Assembly (NCBI GenBank): GCA_951406725.2
Contig: OX597841.1
Span: 21,514,001 to 21,578,000, forward strand
Source: Octopus vulgaris
Taxonomy: Eukaryota
Reading direction: 5' to 3'
Length of the DNA stretch: 64,000 bases
The first letter of the stretch is position 1, and every line of letters starts with the position of its first letter. The notes below the pieces were generated by a model, which had not been told where the DNA came from, did not search any database, and saw nothing but the letters and a program-made list of their open reading frames with translations. Positions 38,009 through 50,016 of the stretch are shown one piece after another. The position numbers and the translations under genes were made by a program.

Positions 38009-41000
38009 ATGGCTTCTGATTGGAAGTGTTATCATGTACATTGTTTTGTCTTGGTATAAAAGATGGGCTACAGCAAATATTCTGCTCAATACCACAGATT
38101 TGCTTGTCAGTTGTTTGACCTTAACCAGTTGAGCATGTCCCTTAGTGGCTGACAATATGTGCATCTCTGATCACGAGCAGAAGTAGTGGGGGAGCATCAT
38201 AGCCATGTGTTGAGAGGAATTCTTTGGGGTTTGGATAATTCACCTCTGGAAACATGGGTGTTTCCTTCAAATTCCTTAAACAACCTTTATTCAGGGACCT
38301 TTCGAGTGGGATGGGTTACTCGACCTGAAGAAAATTCTAACTGGGCCCCACCTGCAAGGTCATGTGCTGTTTATCTCGATATGAGATCACCATGTGGTGC
38401 ACATATGGTTGTGATGCATGTGCCTGGTGTACCCTTATCAGACGGGTAGTCATGATGGGTATACTGGGCTTCGTATATTTTACCCTTGTGTCACTTTGAA
38501 GGCATGCACTGCTCTCTCACTCAATAATAATAATAATATTATATTTTTCTGAGCTTGTCAAATTCTTTCGCCGAGATATTATGATCACAGGGGATGCTCA
38601 TGTCGATCAATAAGCAATAAAGTTTGCTTATTGATCGACATGAGCATCCCCTGTGATCATAATATCTCGGCGAAAGAATTTGACAAGCTCAGAAAATATA
38701 AAGACCTGCTCATTGAAATTGAGAAAATGTGGCATCTCAAGGCGGTTACAATACCAGTGATCATAGGAGCACTAGGAATGATCAAGAAGGGAACCGAAAA
38801 TTATATGAGAATGATCCCTGGCTTACCATCCCTGCAAGAAGTGCAAAAGATTGTCTTAACTGGTACATCACACGTATTGAGAAGAGCATTGTCGATGTGA
38901 GAACTGTTGCTGCTCATGTATTTTAATTTAACTTTATTTCTATCAAAAAAAAAAAAAAAAGCGAACTAGTGAGTTTAGTTTAATGGCCTACCAATGTATA
39001 CTATGAGTTTCTTTGCCCTAGGAGTCAGGAAGACACTCGGCAAGAAATGGAAGCAAATTTGAAAGAAGAAGAAAAACCCATAAATAATAATAATAATGGT
39101 TTCAAATTTTGCCACAAGGGCAACAGTTTTGAGAGAAGGGATGAGTCGATTACATCGGCCCCAGTGTTCAACTGGTACTTAATTTATTGACCCTGAAAGA
39201 ATGAAAGGTAAAGTTGACTTCAGCAGAATTTGAACTCCGAATATAAGGACACGAAATACTGCTGGACATTTTGCCTGGCGTGCTAACGATTCTGCCAAAT
39301 CACCAACATAATAATAACAACAACAATAATAATAATAATAATAAATGCCCTGATGCAGTACCAGGCAGTAGCTCCCATGGCTTCTGATCTTAAGTGATTG
39401 GAAGTGTTATCATGTACATTGTTTTGTCTTGGTATAAAAGATGGCCTACAGCAAATATTCTGCTCAATACCACAGATTTGCTTGTCAGTTGTTTGATCTT
39501 AACCAGTTGAGCATGTCCCTTAGTGGCTGACGATATGTGCATCTCTGATCACGAGCAGAAGTAGTGGGGGAGCATCATAGCCATGTGTTGAGAGGGATTC
39601 TTTGGGGTTTGGATAATTCACCTTTGGAAACATGGGTGTTTCATTTAACATCCTTAAAGTAGTAAAGAAATAGGTATTTCGTCTGCCATTACGTTCTGAG
39701 TTCAAATTCCGCTGAGGTCGACTTTGCCTTTCATCCTTTCGCAGTCGATTAAATAAGTACCAGTTACGCACTGGGGTCGATATAATCGACTTAATCCATC
39801 TGTCTGTCCTTGTTTGTCCCCTCTGTGTTTAGACCCTTGTGGGTAGTAAAGAAATAGGTATGGGTCAATAAAATAGAGGACCAATTGATCCCTGGGCTCA
39901 ATGTAAATGTGTAGACCCCTCCCCTCAAAATTGTAAACCTTGTAGATACAGTTGAAAAAACTATACACACACACACACACATGTATAATGTCTGCATATT
40001 TTTCATCCTCTCTTTCTCTTCTCTGTCTGTGTGTCTTGTGTTGTCGCCGCCGTTACCATAGGGACCGTTACCTGGCGGAGTCTGTAGTTAGAAATATCAT
40101 CTACCAAGTTCTGCAAGGCCTCACGTTCATGCATAAAAATGGTGAGTGTTTGACTTTTCTTCTTCGTTACCTTTTCCTCTCCCCAATTAAGTCAATTATA
40201 TCGAACCCCAGTGCATAACTGGTACTTATTTAACCTTTCCCTCATTCTCTCTTTCTTTCATCCTCTTTCTATCATTCTCTCTGTTTGCGTTCCTTTTCTC
40301 ATTTTCTTTCCTTCTCACTACCCCTCCAAGATACTCCAACCCCTATTATCTTTTTGACCCCTAATATTCTCTCTGCCTCTCCCTAATCTTTCAGGATTCT
40401 TCCACCGTGATTTGAAACCTGAGAACCTATTGTGTACAGGGCCAGACCTGATTAAAATCGCCGACTTTGGACTAGCGAGGGAAACACGTTCGCAGCCTCC
40501 TTACACAGACTATGTCTCGACAAGATGGTAAGATGTTTCCAGAAATTCTCCAAAGAAAATTCTAGAATTCCCAGCCAGATGCATAGCTCGGGGATCAGGG
40601 CATCTCTCCAGATGGAATCCTTCTCTGCAGTGAGAAGTCACAGTTCTGGTACTAGGGACATGGGATCTTTCCCTTTTGAACGGCAGTTGTCAACACAATT
40701 TCTAGTTAACTAAACACTTTTAAACTTCGTATACTGGTAGAATGTGTTTATAAAACATCAGTTTCTCTTGGCTTTATTGAGAAAATTCTATAGTTTGTAA
40801 CATGTTTGTAAGATATTTCGTCTGAAAATCCGAGCATTTCGGCAATTTTAACCAATCGATTACCTCCATTCAACTAAAATCATTTGCTGCATCTAAAACT
40901 GAGACAACATCCTGTAACTAACCCTAAACCCTAACCCTAACCCTAATTTTTTTTTCTTAATTGTTAAATTAATTTAATTCCATTGCTTTAGTTTGTTTTA

Positions 41001-42072
41001 CACGCGTAACAATTAAATTAATTTAACAATTAAGAAAAAAAAATTTAGGGTTAGGGGGGAGGTTTAGGGTTAGTTACAGGATGTTGTCTCAGTTTTAGAT
41101 GCAACAAATGATTTTAGCTCAAAAGAGAGCATAGGATTGGTTAAAATTCGAAAAATTAAACTACGTTAAACAAACAAATTACAATTTTCTCAAGAAAGCC
41201 AAGAGAAAAAAATGTTTTATTTTGACACATTCTACCAGTATACGAAGTTTTAAAGTGTTTAGTTAACTAGAAATTGTGTTGACATGTGCCGTATCAAAAG
41301 GAAAAGATCCAGGACATGTTATTAGGTTGTCCCAAAAGTTCGTAAATACTTGCAAAAATTGAATTTTTACTCGCCGAGTACTAACAAAAACAACAAAAAT
41401 AATTCCTCAAAATAAAGGCCATTATTTTCCAAGACTTTCTACGAACTTTTGGGACAACCTTATATTAGAATGTTTCGGGAAAGAATCGCAGGACGGCTTC
41501 TTGAAACCGAACCAAATGGCAGGGGACGTAGGAGCTGGCCAAGAAGGAAATGGTTGGAGAATAGCCGTCATCTCAGTTGTGGAGGTGCATGGCTTAATGG
41601 TTAAGGATGTTGAACTCATGATCGTAAGATTGGGGTTTCGATTCCTGGACTGGGTGAGGCATTGTCTTCTTGAGCAAAACACTTCATTTCATGTTGTTTT
41701 AGTTCACTCAGCTGGAAAACAATGATTCATACCTGCGATGGATGGGTATCCCATCCAGGTGGGGGATATATACAGCGTGAAACCGGGAAACTGGCCCTTA
41801 TGAATCAGCAAGACTCGAGAAGGAAGAAGGTTTTTTTTTTTTTTTTTTGCGGAGGCTTACTCTTTTACTTGTTTAAGTCATTTGACTGCGGCCATGCTGG
41901 AGCACCGTCTTTAATCAAGCAAATCGACCCCGGGACTTATTCTTTTGTAAGCCCAGTACTTATTCTATCAGTTTCTTTTGCCGAACCGCTAAGTGACGGG
42001 GACGTAAACACACCAGCATCGGTTGTCAAGCAATGCTAGGGGGACAAACACAGACACACAAACATACACGCA

Positions 42073-42112
<40 letters not shown>

Positions 42113-45100
42113 TACGACAGGCTTCTTTCAGTTTCCGTCTACCAAATTCACTCACAAGGCATTGGTCGGCCCGAGGCTATAGTAGAAGACACTTGCCCAA
42201 TGTGCCATGCAGTGGGACTGAACCCGGAACCGTGTGGTGGTAAACAAGCCCCCCACCACACAGTCACTCCTGCGCCTAACCACTAGGCTTGTGGCTTAGT
42301 GGTTAGGGTGTTTGACTCATAGTCGTAAAATTGTGGTTTCAATTCCTGGACTGGATGGTGTGTTGTGTTCTTGAGCAAAACACTTCATTTCATGTTGCTC
42401 CAGTCCACTCAGTTGGCAAAAATGAGTCTTACCTGTGATGGACTGTTGTCCCGTCCAGGTGAGGTATATATGTGTGCCATGAAACTGGGAAACCAGCTCT
42501 TATGAGCCTAGCATGGCTCGAGAAGGGGACTTTACTCTTTAACCTTTGTAATCGCAGTTGGTCATACGTGGAAATCTAGCCCAACAGTGCAGAGTCAGTT
42601 GTTTCAGATAGGACCTTGTGGAGAAGATACCTGAGGACTCTCCTCCCATGACCCTCCCTTGTAGCTTGTGGAGGGAGGCATCATACTTACCTGTTGTTGT
42701 CACATAATTAATCCCCCCTGGACATCTAGCCCAACAGTGCAGGGTCAGTTGTTTCAGATAGGACCCTGTGGGGAAGATATCTGAGGACTCTCCTCCCATG
42801 ACCCTCCCAGCTCCGTTCTATTTACTTGTCACTCACACTCACTCGTTCTCTCTCTCTCTAGGTATCGTGCCCCAGAAGTCCTCCTCCGTGCCACCAACTA
42901 CAGCTCCCCCATTGACATGTGGGCAGTTGGCTGTATCATGGCCGAGGTCTACACTCTCCGTCCACTCTTCCCAGGTAGTTCAGAGATTGACCAAATATTC
43001 AAGATTAGCTCCATTCTGGGCACACCAGAAAGGGTAAGTCTGCCAGCTTCTTGCGTGTGTGTGTGTGTGTGTGTGTGCACATCCAGGCATCTGGCTGTGT
43101 GTGTGTGTGTGTGTGTGTGCACATCCAGGCATGTGGCTGTGTGTGTGTGTGTGTACATGTGTGTGTGTGTATGTGTGCACATCCAGGCATGTGGCTGTGT
43201 GTGTGTGTGTGTGTATGTTCATGTGTGTGTGTGTGTGTGCACATCCAGGCATGTGGCTGTGTGTGTGTGTGTGTGTATGTTCATGTGTGTGTGTGCACAT
43301 CCAGGCATGTGGCTGTGTGTGTGTGTGTGTGTATGTTCATGTGTGTGTGTATGTGTGCACATCCAGGCATGTGGCTGTGTGTGTGTGTGTGTGTATGTTC
43401 ATGTGTGTGTGTGTGCACATCCAGGCATCTGGCTGTGTGTGTGTGTGCACATCCAGGCATGTGGCTGTGTGTGTGTGTGTGTGTATGTTCATGTGTGTGT
43501 GTGCACATCCAGGCATGTGGCTGTGTGTGTGTGTGTGTATGTTCATGTGTGTGTGTGCACATCCAGGCATGTGGCTGTGTGTGTGTGTGTGTATGTTCAT
43601 GTGTGTGTGTGCACATCCAGGCATCTGGCTGTGTGTGTGTGTGCACATCCAGGCATGTGTGTGTGTGTGTGTGTGTGTGTATGTTCATGTGTGTGTGTGC
43701 ACATCCAGGCATGTGGCTCTGTGTGTGTGTGTGTGTATGTTCATGTGTGTGTGTGTGTGTGTGCACATCCAGGCATGTGGCTGTGTGTGTGTGTGTGTGT
43801 ATGTTCATGTGTGTGTGTGTGTGTGTGCACATCCAGGCATGTGGCTGTGTGTGTGTGTGTGTATGTTCATGTGTGTGTGTGTGTGCACATCCAGGCATGT
43901 GGCTGTGTGTGTGTGTGTGTGTATGTTCATGTGTGTGTGTGTGTGTGTGCACATCCAGGCATGTGGCTGTGTGTGTGTGTATGTTCATGTGTGTGTGTGT
44001 GTGTGTGCACATCCAGGCATGTGGCTGTGTGTGTGTGTGTGTGTGTATGTTCATGTGTGTGTGTGTGTGTGTGCACATCCAGGCATGTGGCTGTGTGTGT
44101 GTGTGTGTGTATGTTCATGTGTGTGTGTGCACATCCAGGCATGTGGCTCTGTGTGTGTGTGTGTGTATGTTCATGTGTGTGTGTGCACATCCAGGCATCT
44201 GGCTGTGTGTGTGTGTGCACATCCAGGCATGTGGCTGTGTGTGTGTGTGTGTGTATGTTCATGTGTGTGTGTGTGTGTGTGTGCACATCCAGGCATGTGG
44301 CTGTGTGTGTGTGTGTGTGTGTGTGTTCATGTGTGTGTGTGTGTGCACATCCAGGCATGTGGCTGTGTGTGTGTGTGTGTATGTTCATGTGTGTGTGTGT
44401 GTGTGTGCACATCCAGGCATGTGGCTGTGTGTGTGTGTGTGTGTATGTTCATGTGTGTGTGTGTGTGTTCATGTGTGTGTGTGTGTGTGTGTGCACATCC
44501 AGGCATGTGGCTGTGTGTGTGTGTGTGTGTATGTTCATGTGTGTGTGTGTGTGTGTGCACATCCAGGCATGTGGCTGTGTGTGTGTGTGTGTATGTTCAT
44601 GTGTGTGTGTGTGTGTGTGCACATCCAGGCATGTGGCTGTGTGTGTGTGTGTGTGTATGTTCATGTGTGTGTGTGTGTGTGTGTGTGCACATCCAGGCAT
44701 GTGGCTGTGTGTGTGTGTGTGTGTTCATGTGGCTGTGTGTGTGTGTGTGCATGCGTAGGTATGTGTGTGTATGTTTGTGTGTGTGTGTGTGTGAGTGCAT
44801 GCATATGTATGTGTGTATGTTCGTGAGTGTGTGTGCATGTGTGTATGTGCACGTCCATGCATGTGGCTGTGTGTGTGTGTGTGTTTATATGTGTGTGTAT
44901 TTTGTGCCTTGTTCTCTACTGCTACCCAGACTACCACATGTTTACTACCACTACATCCAAACTATGACTTCTACACCCACCACTGCCATTACTACTACTA
45001 CTACTACCACCACCACCACCATGGCAAAGCACAGTCATTCTCAGCACCACCACCACTACTTCTGCTACTGCTACCACCACCATTACTACCATCATTATTA

Positions 45101-46918
45101 CTACCACCACTACTACTATTACTACCACAACAGTCACCACTACCACTACCATCATTATTACTACCACCACCACTACTACTACTACTACCACAACAGTCAC
45201 CACTACCACTACCATCATTATTACTACCACCACCACTACTACTACTACTACCACAACAGTCACCACTACCACTACCATCATTATTACTACCACCACTACT
45301 ACTATTACTACCACAACAGTCACCACTACCACTACCATCATTATTACTACCAATACTACTACTACTACTACTACTACCATCATGATCATCATTGTTACTA
45401 CCACCACTACCATTACTACTACCACAACAGTCACCACTACTACTACCATGGCCAGCATGGTCGTTTTCAACACCACTACCACCACCACCACCATTACTTC
45501 TACTACAACTACCACTCCCACCATGACCCTCACTATTACCACCTCCACCACCACTGCGACCATGACCATCCCTACTGTTATTGTTTTTGTTGTTGTCGTT
45601 GCAGAAGTGCTGGGATGAAGGCTACAGGCTTGCTGCCAGCATGAACTTTCGTTGGCCCCACTGCGTCCCCATCAACCTGAAAACAGCCGTGCCAAATGCC
45701 AACAATGAGGGGTTGGCTGTGATGAGGGACCTCATGAAGTGGAACCCTAAGGACCGACCCTCTGCTAGTCAGGTAAGCCAGGATTGAACCTCTCTCCTCG
45801 ATGTTTCGACATCAGCTTAAGTCTGCTTACAAGAGAAAGGGCCCACAATCCGAGTTGTGCGTACCCCATCGGAAATTGCAACTTCATCCGAGTAACATTG
45901 TATAGGTTTTGGATTTCTCTCCGAGATACGTGTGTATATATATATATATATATATATATTGCTCTCCTATATTACCTGCCTCAACTGGACCTCCCCCTCC
46001 CCAACTCAACTCTAGAATATCTGTATTTCTTTCCTCTACCTAATTACGTTACTCAGTGACGATAAATGCTGTGACTACAAAGACCCGGGCTGCTTTCTGC
46101 AGCAATTCCACATACCCCCTACTCATTCTAAGTACCCCGGATCCCCAAAGTACCCTGGATCCCCAAAGTACCCCGGACCTCGTTGCCCCCGTGCCGCTGA
46201 CACGTTAAAATGCTCGAATCCGATCGTGACGATGCCGGACCCTCCGGCCCCTGTGCAGGTGGCACGTAAAAAGCACCCAATCCACTCACGGAGTGGTTGG
46301 CGTTAGGAAGGGCATCCAGCCGTAGAAACTCTGCCAGATTCAGACTGGAGCCTGGTGCGGCCCCTGGCTTCCCAGACCCGGTCAAACCGTCCAACCCGTG
46401 CTAGCGCGGAAAGCGGACGTTAAACGATGATGATGATGATGATGATGATATGTGTGTGTGTGGGTGTGTTTGTGTATATATGTTTGTGTGTCTATGTTTG
46501 TCCCCCAACATTGCTTGACAGCTGGTGCTGGTGTGTTTATGTCCATGTAACTTGGCGGTTCGGCGGGGGAGACCGATAGAGTGGGTGCTGGGCTTACGAA
46601 GGGTGGGTCCTGGGGTTGATTTGCTCAACTGGAGGCGGTGCTCCCGCATGGCCGCAGTCAAAACAAGTAAAAGAGTAAAATAGTAATATATATATATATA
46701 TATATACACAGGGTTGGCCAATCAATCAAAACCATTTAATTCCAAGACTTATTTATGTTAAACAACTGAATGAATTTAATAAAAGCATCTAAATATGAAA
46801 CATCAAGAAAATTATTCAAACTGAAGTCTTTGAGCAACACATTTTTCCATTTGAGTCTATCAGAATTGCAGATAGTATTTATGGAATTTTGATTTACTAT
46901 GACTTTTGGACAACCCTG

Positions 46919-46966
<48 letters not shown>

Positions 46967-48686
46967 CCAGACCCCTCTGGCACCTGTGCAGGTGGCACGT
47001 AAAAAACACCCACTACACTCGCGGAGTGGTTGGCGTTAGGAAGGGCATCCAGCTGTAGAAACACTGCCAGACTAGACTGGAGCCTGGGGCAATCCCTAGC
47101 TCCCCAGACCCCGGTCGAAACCGTCCAACCCGTGCTAGCGCGGAAAACGGACGTTAAACGATGATGATGATGATGATGATGATGATGAATTATGAACAGG
47201 GGATTCCGTACAGGTTTCCTACATGTACCTATACCTGTTATGAATTTATTATATTTAATAATAAATCTTTCTCTATATCTCTCTCTATATAAACGGCAGT
47301 TTGTCTGTGTGTGTTTCTGTGTGTCTGTTTTCTCGTACCCTCACCCTGACCACGGCTTTCAACCGATTCTGATGAAACTTGACACACACATAGCCCAATG
47401 TCATAATTCAAAACTAACGCAGCGAAAATTTTGAAAAGTTCCCCAGTTCTGAAAAAAATCGATAAATTCGACATGGGGTCGAGAATCAGAAACACAAACC
47501 ACAGACTGTCTAGGGGACGCGACTCCACCTTTTTAACTCTCAAAAAAATTTACCATCATTTTTTCCCATTTTTTTGCTATTTTTGGCTATAACTATTTAA
47601 AAATGCTTTATAGTTATTTCCCTTACAAACCCGAGCAACGCCGGGCAATACTGCTAGTATATATATATAAAGCTGAAGTTGTCTGTGTATGGCAGGTTTG
47701 GTAGCCTTCAACTAACACTATCTCCTCCGAGACCCTGCGGCGCAATTCGACCAAAATTGAGAGTACGATAGAAGAAGGCTTGCTCTTCCTTCCATAGAAG
47801 AAAAAATTCAAATCAGACCATGTTAACACCAAAAATTATTTACATCAAAAAGGTGCTTTTTTTCTATGAAAATCCCTATTTTTTTGCAATTTTTTGACTG
47901 CCGTGTTTCCATTTTTCGGTGTATTTCAACCAGAAAAATGTTCACTTAAAGAGAATAACAAGATACATAATGCAAAATTTTTACTTTTCAAAAATTCCAA
48001 TTCTAAAGGGTTGAAACAAACCCGAGCAACGCTGGGCGATACTGCTAGTCTCTCTATATATAAAGCTTAAGTTGTCTGTGTATGGCAGGTTTGGTAGCCG
48101 TCAACTAACACTATCTCCTCCGAGACTCTGCGGCGCAAGTTGACCAAAATTGAGAATATGATAGAAGAAGGCTTGCTCTTCATTCCGTAGGGTGTCAGCA
48201 TCATGATCGTAAGATTGTGGTTTCGATTCCTGGACCGGGTGACGCATTGTGTTCTTGAGCAAGACACTTCATTTCATATCACTCCAGCCCACTCAGCTGG
48301 CAAAAATGAGTAACTCTGCAATGGACTCGTGTCCCGTCCAGCTGGGGAACACATATGCCATTAAAACCGGGAAACCGGGCCCATGAGCCTGGCTAGGCTT
48401 TAAAAGGGCGCATTTAATTATTTATTTTATATATATATACATGCATACATACATATATGTGTATATATATATACATATATAAATATGGATATATATATAT
48501 ATATAAATAAATATGGATATATATATATATATATATACTGGAGTAAACACATAAATGTGAAACAAGGTGGAAAAAAGAGTACTCAAATACCAGTGGTAGA
48601 GTAATATGCTTTATTTAAAAGCAGCAGAAAATTCTACAAAACCTGTTACTCTGAGTTTCACGTTCCCGTTCGTCGGACAGTTTTTG

Positions 48687-48722
<36 letters not shown>

Positions 48723-49011
48723 TTTATAGAAGGAGCTTCTACAGGACTAGAACTGTTTCATTCAAATGAAATCATCAGGAAGCTTCCTGATGATTTCATT
48801 TGAATGAAACAGTTCTAGTCCTGTAGAAGCTCCTTCTATAAAATAAATTAATTTACTCTGCTATGTATTGAGTACCTTATTTACTGTGGTTAACCCCGAC
48901 TCAACCCGGGACCTACATATATATATATATATATATATAAATATAGATATGGATATATATATAGATATATATCTCCATGTATGTGTATATATAGATATAT
49001 ATCTCCATGTA

Positions 49012-49102
<91 letters not shown>

Positions 49103-49918
49103 ATATATATAGCACCTTACCTGCCTTATGGGTCTTCTGGATACCAAAGCCTCTTATATATATATATATATCTATATCCATTTTTTATCTGCAGACATTA
49201 AAGTACAATTTCTTCCATGTTGGCGTCAAACTGAATGGACCAAAGCCACAACAACAACCACCTCCACAACAACAACAACAACAACAACAACAACAGTTAT
49301 ATCATCACCATCATCACCAGCAACAGCCACAACACCAGCAGAAGCAACAGCAGCAGCATCATCATCAGCAACATCAGCAGAAACAGCAGCCAGGTGGCCA
49401 TCGAATGGACGGGGAGGTTGGTGGTGTGAAGGGTGGCGAAGTGGGGAGTATCCTCCGGGAGCAGTACAAGTACCACATGCCTCACACTCACCCGCAGTTG
49501 AAGCCCCTCGCCGAGAACCGCAACAATACCAACATCCTGCCGACCCTGACATCGGGCAAGACGAATCAGGTGAGCGGAGAGACTTCTTGTGTGTGTGTGT
49601 GTGTGTATTTGCATGTGTGTGTGTACATACATATGTTTGTATACGTGTGTATATGTATGCAAGTGTATGTAAACGTGTCTGTATTTGCATATGTATGTGT
49701 GTGTGTGTGCACATGTGTGTATGTGCATATATATATATACATATCTATATACATATATATATATATACATATATATATACATACATATATATATACATAT
49801 ATATATATACATACATATATATATACATATATATATATACATACATATATACATACATATATATATACATACATATATATATATATATACACACACACAT
49901 CTCTCTATTTGTATGTGC

Positions 49919-49951
<33 letters not shown>

Positions 49952-49979
49952 TACACATACACACAACTCTGTATTTGTA

Positions 49980-50016
<37 letters not shown>

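Noticed and set aside
43055-44720. Constant 20-bp motif with variable spacers, superficially CRISPR-like
   Set aside because: The spacers are only (GT)n of variable length, the locus is a eukaryotic intron, and there are no cas genes.
43034-45604. Long ORFs extending from MAK exon 6 (613-861 aa)
   Set aside because: The true exon ends at the GTAAGT donor at 43034; the rest is GT minisatellite.
45798-45818. - strand CTGATGTCGAAACATC
   Set aside because: There is no stem II or stem I; it is just a short GATGT-TTCG-ACATC hairpin.
47362-47382. CTGATGAAAC hammerhead-like word
   Set aside because: There is no stem II between the core and GAAA; it is part of the Helitron-like body.
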